From Calcarisporiella thermophila CBS 279.70 (Eukaryota > Fungi > Calcarisporiellomycota): 64,000 nucleotides of DNA. The DNA is taken from NCBI RefSeq assembly GCF_041956535.1, contig NW_027192199.1, positions 763,693-827,692 of the forward strand, read 5' to 3'. Below are positions 1 through 13,376 of the stretch, piece by piece. Position 1 is the stretch's first letter. Each line of letters begins with the position of its first letter. The notes below the pieces were generated by a model that had not been told where the DNA came from, did not search any database, and saw only the letters and a program-made list of their open reading frames with translations. Both the position numbers and the translations under genes were made by a program.

Positions 1-366
1 TTTATATTATCTTTCTTGAGATCGCTTAGTTTCTTTGGCTCTATGGTCTCATTTTCTTCCAATCGTGGGTTATGCTGACTGGTGGAACTCCCTAAGGTTG
101 TATCACTGCCCCTGTTGGGAGCTCTGCTGTCATCCAGCGATGAAGTTTGAACGACGATAGTCATTGCCTTACTTCTGGTTACTCTTCCGGGTGGATTATC
201 GTTGGATGAGGGTTGGGTTACCGCCTGGGTTGCGGGTTTCTTCTTGCCCTTGGATCTTCGACGCTTCACCAGAGTAAAGCCTTCAGGGTCGGTATACTCC
301 TCTTCCTGGAGTCTCACTCCCCGAATTCCAAAGTGACTGCTTACTCGACTTCTCCATACCAAAAAC
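1..366 (-). mobile_element. Open reading frame running off the left edge; resembles the N-terminal part of a retrotransposon ORF1/Gag (putative)
   Basis: Stop-free minus frame 366->1: ...RLQEEEYTDPEGFTLVKRRRSKGKKKPATQ...PGRVTRSKAM...; no ATG near its start; GFTLVKRRR-type basic motif is typical of non-LTR ORF1 proteins; begins ~27 bp upstream of a tRNA gene. Confidence 0.4.
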
Positions 367-392
367 TAATATCCTCATGACAAAATTAATAG

Positions 393-474
393 GACAGCTT
401 GACCGAGTGGTTAAGGTGTATGACTCGAAATCATATGGGCTCTGCCCGCGCAGGTTCGAATCCTGCAGCTGTCG
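393..474 (+). tRNA. tRNA-Ser (anticodon CGA)
   Basis: GACAGCT/AGCTGTC acceptor stem, D-loop GAGTGGTTAAG, anticodon arm TATGA-CTCGAAA-TCATA, long variable arm, GGTTCGAATCC T-arm, discriminator G, downstream T-run. Confidence 0.96.
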
Positions 475-651
475 TGAATTTTTTCATTTTTTTGCGATAT
501 ACCACAACTCGAAAGCCTATATTGATTTCTTAGCAAAATTGCTCTTAATTGGGTGTGTGACTGACTGCGCTCTTTATATGTTTTATACGAGTTTCTATTC
601 TATATCTTTGTCTACTTCATCTATTTTATTAATTGTACGAATGCTTTACAG

Positions 652-1436
652 ATGACCGCCCATACATCATATAATCGAAAAGATCTAGTGCGATCTTTTG
701 ACTCTCTCCTATATATTTATTTTGTTTATGTATACATCCTCGATTCTAGTCTGATGAACTTGATTGCGCGATGTTTTACCCAAATTGTGAATGTCGTCTT
801 GTAAACTCAGCTTATAGCCTGCTAATTTTGTTTTTCACTAGTTCATATCTCCGAAGACTGTCTCTCGTGCATTATATGCTGCATTTTTCATTATATCTTT
901 AACAAATCTCGCATCAGCTCTTCGACATTTTGGGGTTATCGATAACAGAGGAATACTCATAGATTTTGTTAGTCAAGGTTTTTTTCTACTTGCCTTCGAT
1001 CTGCTTTTATTGTTGTTTTTCATCTTGAGCATTTTTTTAATTCTATTTAGTTCATCCTCCCTCAAGATCATATCTCCTGCTTACTGATGCGGCAATTTTT
1101 TCCTTGCAGTGTATATTTTTGCTTATCGTATTTCTGACGGCAGGGACAAATCGTAGTCTCGGCAATAGCACAATCAATCAAAATACCGATAGTAGAGCGG
1201 GGCGAGATGTGACAGAGGATCTCACACAACAGAGTATGCTCTCATCTTTTCATAGACAGAGTCGGGCAAATAGGGATAACCAGGAGAGAGACGAAGATGG
1301 CGAGGAGGAAGAGGAAGAGAGCTCAAATTTGGAATATGTGCTCGATGTTCGGTTACGACCGATTCTAAGGGATATGCTGTCGAACAGAGAAGGCGAAGAA
1401 GAAACTGCACTTGCCGAGCGTCGACTTCCTGTATAA
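652..1436 (+). CDS. DUF1746 / Dsc4-like membrane protein (3 exons: ~652-786, 842-978, 1051-1436)
   Basis: Spliced translation MTAHTSYNRKDLVRSFDSLLYIYFVYVYILDSSLMNLIARCFTQI...RGILIDFVSQVHPPSRSYLLLTDAAIFSLQC matches recalled DUF1746 motifs; GT-AG introns. Confidence 0.7.
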
Positions 1437-1690
1437 ATTTCTTCACGATTAATGTCCCTATAATACTTTTGTAAATAGAGTTTTTATTTGCTTCCTCTCC
1501 TATTTTTCAGGCATCTGTTTCTCCCCTCTTATTTTTTATTTTAGATCTGGATGGAAATACATACCACACAATCAATTTCTCGAAATTGCCAAGCTTTCTA
1601 TTCCCCAAACGATAAAGAAAAGTATTCTCCGCTTCCAATTTTATCTCGAAAGATTGTGCCCTTTTCTTTTATTTCTAAACTTTTTTTATC

Positions 1691-3051
1691 ATGCAACGTA
1701 ACACTTTTAATTCACTGATTGTTATTTTCTCTATTACAATTCTTGCCTTTCTCTATCTTCGATCGCTCTCGCCTCGTGATTCTGTTAGCCCACCCATGCA
1801 TCAAACACCCATCTTGGAGAACGGAAAGCACGTTGTCGCCGGATACTATGTAAGAATTATCTTGTACATCTAAGCCCAGTATTTCACTTAATAATCTCCA
1901 ACTATACATGCTCTTTCATATAGGTCTCTTGGGCCATCTATGATCGTAAATATAACGTGAAAGACATGGATCCTACTAAGCTTTCCCATGTTCTCTACGG
2001 CTTTGCCAATTTAAATGAAACTGGTTCTGTTGTACTTGCCGATCCGTGGGCTGATGTAGAAAAGCATATTGATAATGAACCGTGGACAGCCACCCCCAAT
2101 CTCTACGGGAATTTTCGACAGCTTCTGCTTATGAAGCAAAAACATCGCCATGTCAAGGTGTCTCTATCAATTGGGGGCTGGTCTTTCTCAAAGAATTTCG
2201 CGGAAGTTGCAAGAGACGAGCAAAAGAGACGACAAATGGTTGAAACATCTATGCGACTTGTAAATGATTTGGGGCTCGATGGCATAGACATCGATTGGGA
2301 ATTCCCAAATAATTCAGAGGATGCTGAAAATTTTGTAAAACTGCTGCATGATTTTCGCACTGCCCTCACCGAGGACGCAGAACGTAAAGGCGATTCGATT
2401 CCATATTTGCTGACGGCGGCAATGCCTTGCAGTGAGGACAAATACAATTTGTTGAAGCTTGAACATATGGCACATTACGTGGATCACTTCTATCTTATGG
2501 CCTATGACTATGCGGGTAGCTGGAGTGCTCGCTCAGGCCATCAGGCGAATCTTTACGGGGGTGAAATCAACACCGATAAGTGTGTGCGCGACTACATTGC
2601 ACGAGGTGTTCCAGGTAGAAAGATTGTACTTGGACTACCAATGTATGGACGATCGTTCGAGAATACTGCGGGTCCTGGATCCTCTTATAACGGTGTGGGC
2701 AAGGGTACATGGGAACCCGGATCATACGATTATAAACAGCTACCTTTGCCTGGTGCTCAAGAACACGTAGATCTCGAGATGGTCGCGAGCTACTCTTACG
2801 ATCCAGCAAAGAAGGAAATGGTCACCTACGACAACCCGGAGGTCGCACAAATTAAAGCTGAATACGTGCGAAGAATGGGCCTAGGCGGTTGTATGTTCTG
2901 GGAGCTCTCAGCGGATAACTCATCATCTGGTCGATCTCTTTTGCACACGGTTTATGAGACACTTGGAGGAGCAAACTCCCTGGACAATTCACCCAATCGT
3001 CTCATATACCCAGACAGTACATATGAGAATGTCAGGAAAAATCATATTTAA
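1691..3051 (+). CDS. GH18 chitinase with N-terminal signal/anchor (exons 1691-1849, 1924-3051)
   Basis: SIGGW and catalytic DGIDIDWEFP (DxDxE), LMAYDYAG, GLGGCMFWELSAD; intron gtaaga..atag joins VVAGYY to VSWAIYDR. Confidence 0.95.
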
Positions 3052-3473
3052 ACAAATATTAACCCCCACTCGATATTTATTCATAGCATATCTCAACTAC
3101 TATAAATTTGTTTTGATTTGTTATCTCAATTGAACAATAAAGTTGGTAAATTATTTCATTTTTTTTTAAAAAAATATAATTGCAAGAAAAGAATAAATGA
3201 TATATTATCAAAAACAAATAATATACAAAAAAAAAGATAATATAATTATAATCCTAGAAAATAAGAATCCCCTCAGACAAAAAAAACCCTGGAACTAATT
3301 AAATGAAAAGAAGTAAAGAATAGTAAGTATAAATTTTCCATTGCGAATAGGAAAACCACAAAAACTGGAAAATGTTTAAAAAAACAACTAAAAAAGAAAA
3401 GCCAATCCGAGGTAAATAAAGGTATCAATTATGCTTGTTTTCTCAGTGCAGTGTCTCCAGTTTTGGACGCGAA

Positions 3474-6400
3474 TTACTCCCTAAAATTTGAAGACCGATC
3501 TCCGGCTGTCTCGTTGCTATCACTGAATCCTGTCCGCCATGAACGAGCGGGTTCAGGTGTGGGAGCCCATTCTTTGGTGGCCTGTGCACCCAAACTCGAA
3601 TAGCCTCCAGTTCCACTGCTCTGTTTACCGCCACGCCGGCCAGTTGCAAGAGGTGGTCGCTGATGATAACCTTGTTGTCGCCCCATTCCACCCTGTGCTT
3701 GCTTGCCAAAAAGATTAGAGCTTTCTGGCGTCACCACAGGAGAAATAGAGCGATGAACAGGAGCACGCCCAACCCCAGAGCGGTAGCCCCCCTGAGGAGA
3801 TTGGACAGATCCATGGGGTGAAGGGCGATAATTCGACTGCATTGAAACTGAGCGCGGGCGTGTCTGGGGGGAATACGCGACAGGCGCAATGGGGGGCGCA
3901 TGCCAGGTCGTTGGTTGCTGTGGAGGCCTCGTCATTCCGGAAGGCACAGCGATTGTGCTCATCATGTGGCCAGAATGAATGCGCGTTCCTGGCTGAGTTA
4001 TAAACTGACCATGCATCCCAGGCTGGGTGGCAGGGACATAATAGCTGTAAGGCACGGCAGGAATAATGGGCTGCTGTGTTGCAGGCAATACGGTATTTGC
4101 AAGCATTGGAGATGCTGCAGGTGATGCCTGGCGATAGGAGCTAGATGCGTAACCAGTGGAAGAGTGCAAGTAGCCCGTAGTTGGTGGATTTTGATAAGTA
4201 AGCGGTGCTGCCGTCATCCAGTAAGTTTGCGGCATAGCCACATTGCTTGTTGTGTGGGGAGGCATCGGCTGCATAAGCACAGGATATGGGTTACGACTGG
4301 TGCGGGGATGGCCTTCTGATGAACGGATATTTGGAGATAAAGGGGAACCCGGAGAAACTGCAGTGGCAGGTTGTGTATTAGTTGTATTTCCACCCTTTTC
4401 CGATTTGCCTGAAGGAGCGTTAGAAGGGGTGCGCGAATCTTTCGACGCAGCCGGTGCTGGATGAGTTTCATTCTTTCGTAGCGTTTCAGGACTTGGCAAG
4501 GAATTCTCCACAACCTTCGAAGCAACTTCTGAGGTTTCTGTAGACGCCCCCTTCTTGATTTCGTCTTCGACCATAAAGCGCATATTGGCAGGCTTTTTCG
4601 CTATTCCTTCCTCGGAGGAGGTACGGAACAGAACAGGCACAGAGGATTCAGATGTGGGTTTCTTTTGGGAGACTACCTCAGGTTTTGCCCTAGCCTTCTG
4701 TGCTAGCTCAACGACTGGAGCCGAAGAGGTAGAAGTAGGGTCTGATGGTTTGCGGATGTTACTCACTAGCGAAGTAGACGAAGACGAGTTTGTTTCTGAT
4801 TTACTTAGTGAAGAGGCCGAGCTCGTGGCCAATTTTTTTGTTGGTTCATCGGGCGTCAATGCTGTAGAGGATGATTGCGATGAAATTGATATTTCAGATG
4901 AATGATCCATTAGGCCGCGTAAGTCAGTCTTCCGATCTTTTTTCCTAGTATCTCGCTTAACTTTCAAAACTGTAGAAGACTTATCTGTTCCATGCACATA
5001 GTGACCAGGCTCATTTTCCACCTCTTTGGCCGGGGTTTGCAATTTCCCGCTGGCTTTTATCGTACTCTCTGCGATATCTTGAGTAATGTCGTCTCGCTCC
5101 TTTTTTCTCCTCACCTTTCGTTTCCTGAGTTTAGCTTCAGTAGCAGAGTCTTTATCAGTTGTAGCTGAGGGCTTAGAATCCATTGTGCCGCTCCTTGTTG
5201 ATGAAGTAGCCCTGCCTCCAGGTTCATTAGATGCCTCAATTTCCTGACTCTGTTTATTATTACTTCCTTTACTCGCAGCTTTTCTGACTGGAGCTTGGAG
5301 CTTCTTCTCCACGTTTCTAATCAGATCCGACTTTTCGGTAGTGGTAGCAGATTCAGGTGTTGCACTGTCAGGTGGGATTTTTACAACATGCTGCTTTGCT
5401 GGGAAAGTAAAGAGTACGCTATCCAATTCTCTCCCAAAGTTTTCAGGCTGAATGGAAGGAGGTGGCATATCACGGGTTGGTTTTGCGGTCGATCTCTTTC
5501 TTTCATTAGCAGAAGGTACTTGTGGCGTGCCTAAGCACACTTTGATATGATCGGATAATAAAAATAGGTCATCCTTATCCTCAAGTACTGATTGACGTTC
5601 CAATGCCGATTCCTCAGACAGCTTACTGATAAGTTGGGGTTCAGATAAAAGGGGAGCAGAATTGGATTCGCCATTGACGCGCCGCCATGAGCTTGCCTTG
5701 TCGGCGTGGGTTAGCTTTTTAGTCTTGGGCCTACTCCGCAAACTGCTTCCCTCATCGATGGTGGACGAGCGAGCCTTCTCTGCTCGTTGATATGATGATG
5801 AAGACGGTTGCGTTTTCTTTGGGGTCGTATTGGCAACGGATGGTGCCTGCTTTTCTGAAGTGGTATTAGCCTGGACAAACTCTGGCTTTTTGATATCTAC
5901 ATTGGACTCTTTTTGGGGCGTGTGCGAAGTAACCAAGGAAGTGAGTATATCAGACTTAATAGATTGCTCACGTTCCCTCGAATTATTAGCCGAATTAACA
6001 CGTTGTTCCAGAGTGGACTTTGTCTCTTGGGCTTTTTCAAGATTGACCTTATTTTTGTCACTGTTCTTTGCGGTATTCTCTAGAATTCTCTCCCCATTCG
6101 GCTTACTACTCGATTGCGTCTTCGCAGACTCTTGTTCTCTTTTGAGTCGTTCCTCGATTTCCTTTAATTTTAATCGTGCGCGCTCCTGCATAGCTCTTCT
6201 TTCTGCTTCTTCCTCTTCCCGGCGCTTTTTTGCGCGCTCAGCAGCCGAAAGCATATATTCCTTCTGCATCTGGGTGATCTCTGGGGGACGGTCGATCTCT
6301 ACAAAACCTTCCACATCGGGTACACGAGACGATGTAGTAGAATTGGACGAAGGATGGCGTGCCTGGTCTAGTTGGGACACTGGGGGAGGACGCTCTGAAG

Positions 6401-7936
6401 ATTGTCGCCATTGAGCAGAAGCGTCATGCTGCAAAATAGAATATCGAGGGGTATCGCGAGACCTACTACGCGATTTGATACTTTCATTCTCTGTGCTGGG
6501 TCTACGCCGCCATTCAGGCTCTGGAACTGATGAAGGCGGTTGTGATATATTAGAAGGAGGTTGGGAATTTGGTGCGCATGCTGGTTGCGGAGTATTGGAA
6601 GATCGTATACGGCGCATCCCTTCTTGAGACCGACGGCGATTTTGGGATATAGTGGCATGTTCACGCCTGTCTTCGCCCAGTGTTCTATTAGAACTATGAT
6701 CTCTTCTCACAGCTTCTTCTGTCCTTTTATCTTCCGATCCACACCGCCAACCACCACGGTCGCTATCACGGCGGTCGCTATCACGGCGGTCGGAAGAGCG
6801 GCTACTACGCGGTGGTGGCTGGTTCACAAATTGATCAGTGTCAGGCTGGTAGAGGCGGCCAAAACCCTCGCGCCGAGGTTGATCCGTTGAATGTGGATAA
6901 TTACGGTCGTAGTCATCAGAAAATCTATCTTCCTTGCGTACTATAACTTCTGACTCTTGTGGCTTTTGCGGCTCTTCTTGGGATCCCGTGTGCGAAATAG
7001 CAGCATCCACTTCCTCTTCGTTATTTTTGTCCTTAATGGGCTCCACCTTTACTTGCGTGCCGTCGCCAAATTCAACCACAGCAGAAAAATCCAGTCCTAC
7101 ATCTTCATCCTGACATAAAAATATCAAGTTAGAACGTAAAATACAACACTGCAAAAGTAAGAGCTCACTTCGTCCCAATTCCCATAGAGTTTAAATTGTG
7201 ATCCTTTTCTCTCGGGTATAGGTGGCTTCGAAGTCGCACGAGACGCAGATACCTCTATAATTTCACAGAAAAAACTGATTAGTATGCTTGACTGATGTTA
7301 AAATTTGAAGTACTAACCCTGTTCTTTGCCAATTTTGTTAACTTCTGATGCCACTGGAAACTCACTGCTAACGTGGGTCACTGTCGGTTTCTCAACAGGT
7401 GCCCAGGTACGCACTCGGTTAGTGGAAGACAAACCGTCATTGCTCGTTGTGGTTTGACCATGACCATCTTCAGGATTCATCACACTCTCCTCTTGAGTTT
7501 CAGTTTCTAATTTAGATGATTTCTCCGTCCCATTAACCGAGATAGACGACGATTGTGTACAATCCATGCCGGATCCGCTAGTCCCGCCGCCACTTCCTCC
7601 CCAACCGGAAGTTCCCAGTGGTACAATACAAAGACTTGGATCCTGGCCACCATGTTCACTACGGAGGCTAGGAAGATTAAGAGGTTTAGGTGCGGAGACT
7701 TTGGCAGATACGAGCCGCGCGCGACCGTGATTTGGAGTACGGCCTTTTAGAATTTGCAGATATGAGATTAAATACATTTGGAATGCATAAAATAACAAAA
7801 TTGTCAAGAAATTACCAGCGTTGGCATTTCCCCATGCCGCGGGAGTTTTAGAGAGAGCTCGAAATCGATTGTTTACGCTAAGCGATGAAAATTTTGCTGT
7901 GGTTGCTGTCGTTGCATGGCGTCCATCACCGGACAT
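3474..7936 (-). CDS. PRRC2/BAT2_N-domain large disordered protein (about 4 exons)
   Basis: N-terminal KFSSLSVNNRF and APKPLNLPSLRSEHGGQDPSLCIVPLGTSGWG (BAT2_N motif), central coiled coil (AAERAKKRREEEEAERRAMQERARLKLKEIEERL), low-complexity tail. Confidence 0.75.
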
Positions 7937-8886
7937 GATTAAAAATTTGAGAGAGATTCGTTACTTGAATTGCAATGAAAAATTCAGATTAAATTAATAA
8001 GACGACGCTTCGACGGTGGCCGACTAGACACAATAAGGACAAATTGGTTATTAAATAGATGCTTAAATGCATTAAGGTTAAAATGATGGATCAAAGATGC
8101 ACTACAGGGTTGCAGGCATCGTTCTACAAGATGCATGCAGAGATCAAGGTGTAATCTACTCACGCGTTAATTAGGTCCGATAGAATATGAAATATGTTGA
8201 GTAAACCAAGAGAAGAGTATATGTTCCCAATCGCTTTTCTATTATTAGAGCCCTAAATCTCTTATGCTTCCAAAATAAAACGATGAAATCTTTTGGAAAA
8301 CGACCTGATGATAAAATAATGAGATTGAAAAAGCACTCGACAAGCGCTCACTGACAATGGGAAGTTTCGCCACGGAGGAATATTTCACTACCGATGACGT
8401 TGCTTCCTTTTTTTTGCCACCGCATCACTTCACAGATTAAAAACATCTTTTCATATCTACGTTGAGACGAGTAAGAGAAAAGCTAAAAACTAAGACTACA
8501 AAACAAGAACTTTTGAGCGGATCTTGTATTAATAAATTATACTTTGCACTAGACTCTCATTTCTTCTGAGCTTATATTTAAATACCTTGTTGCTATTTTG
8601 CAATTCAACAAACATCCTCCAATATAGTATAAAAATTGGCCCGTAAATAGCACTACTTTTACAACAAGTTGGATTATGTGGTACTATTGATAAAGAGATG
8701 GATATTGGATACATCAATATTATATCCCCTTAAATAGAGTTGATATAAGTAACTTTATAAATGTTGATTTTTCCTGTAAGAGCTGGAGTGGAGAGTTTAT
8801 AAAATTAGATGTTGACAGTCACACTTTTTTGTATGAAAAGTATTATACTTCTCTTTCAAGTTTGATGTTATAAATTTTCCTTGGGT

Positions 8887-9054
8887 ATGGGTGCTCTTCC
8901 AAATCTCCGTAAAATCTATGCTTCCTTTCGAACTCCTGAAGAAGAAAGGCAAATTTCGCGATCTGCATTCTTTAAATTCGCCGGATTTGTTGCATCCTGC
9001 TTGTTCATGACATGGTTAGCTAATCGATCAAGATCTCCCGCGGTGAAGCTCTAA
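8887..9054 (+). CDS. 55-aa single-TM microprotein (possibly Tom5-like / mitochondrial)
   Basis: MGALPNLRKIYASFRTPEEERQISRSAFFKFAGFVASCLFMTWLANRSRSPAVKL*; coding-like composition inside AT-rich intergenic DNA; hydrophobic helix followed by basic tail; below the ORF-track cut-off. Confidence 0.55.
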   Translation: MGALPNLRKIYASFRTPEEERQISRSAFFKFAGFVASCLFMTWLANRSRSPAVKL

Positions 9055-9340
9055 AATAATGAGAAATGAAGGTTGCAAGTTTGGGTCCAAATAAAATACT
9101 AAGCATCTGTTTTTGTATTTGCATACATAATATATATTCTGAGTTTTTAGAATGTAGTAATGAATTGGCATATTAAATTATATGCTAGGCAACTTACGCG
9201 ATAAGCATTTCAAGAACATATGTAAAGAGAGCAAAGGAAAAGTAAGATATTTAGCGGGTTCGACGGGATATATCAAAACAATAAATGGAATAAATACAAC
9301 AGCTATTATAAACAGCTAGGGGTATTGCACAACAGAAAGG

Positions 9341-12111
9341 CTAAATATCAACCCAAGAATCCGCACTGATTTTTCCCATCTGAAGCTCCAACTCCAACTG
9401 GCGCAACAGCTCCTCGTCTTCGGCATTAAGTGCATTTGAATCCTTTACCTCCCTGGCAGGCTCAATTTGTTCTTCTCGTAGGGTCTTCTCTTGTCGTTTT
9501 CCTTTCCTAGTTACTCCTTCTCCTTCACTATTCTTTTCTCCTGCTATCATCTCAGCATTTCTTGTGTCAATGTTCTTCCCAGCTTGAGGCTTGAGCAAAA
9601 GCTCCAATTCTTCCCGCTCCAACGCCTCTTTGAATTCTGCATACCCTGCACGCCACTCTCCTCCCACAAAAATTTGGGGTGGCTCTCTCCTTCCGCTCCT
9701 CTTCTGCATTATATTACGTGCTCTCTCATTCCCTACCACATCTACCTCATCAAAGGCAAGGGAAAGTGAACGCAATACAGTTTTGATTTCTTCTTGCCGC
9801 TTTTTGATGGCGACGCTACCGCTCATTGTCGATAGGTAGACTTGTATCAAGTGAGGCTCTGGGTCGGAGCAATAGTCATCTTGAAATGAAGATGAGGGGA
9901 TAAAACTAGTTGGTCTCTTATGCTGAGATACGGGCCTTAGGCGAGCTCGAAGGACACTAAGAGGTAGTGGTGCAGGCCACGATACTGCATCTGTAGGTTT
10001 GACTAAAAGTGAACATGGTTGTTTATCTGCATTTGTGGGGGTTCGATCTAAAGAGGGCCCAATACTAGATAAATGGCGAGATCGCAATGAATCCAATTCA
10101 TCTCTCTGGCGAATTTTAAGTTTCTCTATCAGTTCTTCTCCAACAGCATGCTTTGCCTGCTGAAAAAAAAAACCGATTAATGCAGATAAATACCTTAAAT
10201 CTATGACCCTATAATATAATACAGACTCACCTCAAACTCAGCAAGAACTTGCTCCAATTCGTCGTTTACCTTCTCTTTTGTTGAATAGGTTATTTTTGCT
10301 ACCATCTCCTCTAACTCCTTCTTGTGGCGCCGCTGCATTTCTTCAACAGCAGTGCGGTGAGCCTTTTCCATCTCGGCAAGTGCATACTCTTTTGCATTTC
10401 GTTCAGCAAGAGCCAATTCTGCGATTCGCTTTTGAGTCCGTAACTCAGCTTCAAGCGTTACAAGTTGTATCATAGCGTTCTTGTCAATTCCAGATTCGTC
10501 TGAAGTTTGACTACTATTTTCGGAGCTATTCAAGGTGTTCTTTTCCTCCTCTGTTGGTTCTTCTCCACTATCATTTAATCTTCGCTGTAGTTCGAAAGAT
10601 AGGGGTTGGGGTCGTATTTCTTTTGAGTTTTCTTCTGCTTTATCTACATGTGCAGTTGCTGTACTATCATCCAACTGTGGAGAGATTAGCTCTTCACAAA
10701 TATCCGTATTTGCTAATGAAGGAGAGCTATTTTCCAGACTATCAGTCAACTGCGACTGGGATGGCTGCTCTGTAGAGGTTGAGTCATATTGATAAGACTC
10801 GGCATCATTAGTCTGTGATTGAGATAGTGTGGAATTTTCATCCAATGTGACAGAGTCGTCTGAAACAAGAACTTGACCCTCCTTCTCATCTAGAATAACG
10901 CACCTGTTTTCATTCTTTTCCTCCAGAGACTCAATGGGAGAATCTTTGTCTAAGGAGTCATTCTAAAATAGAAAAGTTAATTGAACAACATCACAGCACA
11001 ACAAAAATGGGATTTCATTACCATCAATGGCAAACTTTCCGTAGGGAGGATTTCTTTTTCTTTCTCTTCCAAAGCTGGCTCATTATCAAGTGCCTTTTCG
11101 TTCTCACTTATCTAACATGCAATAAAAAATCACGTATTAATATTATTTACTTTTAACAATATACCAAAGCAATAGCTTGGATCTCTCAGAATACTAATGG
11201 GAGATATATATAACTTACCTCTAAATTTTCTAACTTAGCCTGTTGCTCAAGCTTTATCCGCATTACCTCGAGCTCGGCCTCACGTTCACGCAATAAAGCC
11301 TCCTGTTTAGCGAGTTTTTGAAGGGTCTCTTTGTTCTATATAAAAAAGAAGCTCCAATTGGTATATTACAGCATTGAGTAGAAAATCGGTCACTAACCAG
11401 AATTAATAGCTGATCCCGTTCATTTTTCAGCTTTGTGACTGAATTTTTATCCAAGCTCGTCTTTTCCGTTGTTGTTCTAAGAGGAGTTATACTTCTTGTA
11501 ACTGCGGCTTTATTTTTGGCTGAAGGTGATGGAGTAGATTTATTTGCCGATGCCGAAGTAGCTTTAGTTCGAGTGCGTGGTGATGTCAGGCTTGTTGACC
11601 TAGATCGTGGTTCAGTATTCTTGCTTGGAGTAGTGCATAGGGGTTTCGATTGAGTACGTCGATGCTGAGGAGTTGCTGAGTGAGGTGAGGATGCTGCAAA
11701 ATTCGAAATGGGGGAATTTGGTTTAGAAGGAGTACGAAGAGGTGATTGTACAGGAGTTCTAGGTGCCGCTGTTCTGGCCGTTGAAATGGGTTTTGTGGGA
11801 GTGGTTTTTCTAGCTGAGGCTATTTTTTTCTCCTGGCTACTATTAGAATTTCGCGGTGAATGATAGGTAGGCACACTAGTGGATGAAGGCGTTATTTTTC
11901 TTGTACGGACATTACTCCCGGCAACCGCCTTTACGGTTTTTGCGGAGACATCCTTATTCGAATCAGCAGAGGTTGAGCGCGCGAGAGTTCCCTTTGGAAT
12001 ACTTGAGCTTTTACGTGTGGAAGAATGAGGATCGCTCTTAATGCTGGTGTCGTCATTTTCTGAATTAGGGCAAATTTTACTATTGTTTGAATTCTCGCTT
12101 GTGAGCGCCAT
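9341..12111 (-). CDS. Large S/T/P-rich and coiled-coil protein with C-terminal SH3BGR (glutaredoxin-like) domain (about 5 exons)
   Basis: ORFs 11263-12183, 10201-10845 and 9341-10096 join through GT-AG introns; IQVYLSTMSGSVAIKKRQEEI...PPQIFVGGEWRAGYAEF is the SH3BGR signature. Confidence 0.75.
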
Positions 12112-13376
12112 AGATTTAGAAATGAAATTTGGATAATTCTGAGATGGTTGAGAAAAATTTGGGCGGATGAAAGGAATTTTCAAGGCGATAATTTAAACCA
12201 AGTGTAAAATATAGAAAAAATAATCAAGAAAAGGGTAATACGTATGAAGTTGTTTGGTATATACTTTATTCTGGTAAAATAAAACTATTTTTGCAAAAAA
12301 GATGAATGCGGGTTTCTTAATTTAATTCTGTCTGCTCTGCTGCGGCACCGTAATGAAAATTTAGCTCAGCACCACTACCGCCCAAGAATTTCTTCCTAAT
12401 TACGGCTGAGAGGTGGAAAGGAAATAAAGCGAGTCTTGCAGAAGAACAAAGTGAAGTCATTAAACCTAATACTAACTCTTTGTAATCGCTGCTAAAACAT
12501 GGTGGTGTTCACAGCTGCATTTCGTTTGTGTATAGTCTATGCTTTAGCGAGTGACAGTTTATTCTAGATTTGTGATCAGCCTCCCAACTATATTCAGGAA
12601 AACGCGAAATTGATTTTTCTCTCTGTTATAAACCAGCTAAATCTGCAATTCAACACAATTGTCATATTACAAGGAGAGTTACTGGTAAAGCAGAATCTAC
12701 TATACCTATTATGAGTGTTCTAATTTATTATAAATTTTCAAATGGAAGTCACAAATTGCTTCTACGATTCTTTTATTACTGACCGTGGTACTGGGACCCG
12801 ATGCGTGGTCAAATACCGAAATTAACTACATCTTGCTTATATATGAGAAATCGATTCTTCATTTCTTTCGCGTGGCAACAGATCCTCATCATTAATTTAC
12901 TGAAAATTGAAGAGAGGATATTGCACTCTTCACAAATCTCTCATTATTTTCAAGCTCAATTACTTTACATTATCCTCTTCGCTCTATGTGCTTTCGAGTG
13001 TTATGAAACAGTAACATCATTATCTAGCATCAATCTTTAGTAACAATACTACACTAGTAATAGAAAAGCTCCGCTAAATATTTGAAAATTTACGACTCAG
13101 TAAGTCATAATCTTCTGTGTTCACTTCTAGCGGTATATCCTCAAATACAAGGGTGGAAGAGTAACCGTTTAATCAGAAGTTTAGCAGACACCCACTCGAA
13201 GCTTAGGATCTCTACAACCTTATTTTGAAGAACACCTTTTCCGTAGCGTCGCACTATCCTACGTTTTTCTGCCATAATAAAAGTGTTCAAGTAAGCTTTA
13301 ATCTTTCTCGTGCATATTCGCAAACGCTGAGCTCTCATCCCAACATATGTTAACATTTCAGGGGTTAATTCAAGAT

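Noticed and set aside
377-655. 92-aa ORF
   Set aside because: Reads through the tRNA-Ser gene; spurious
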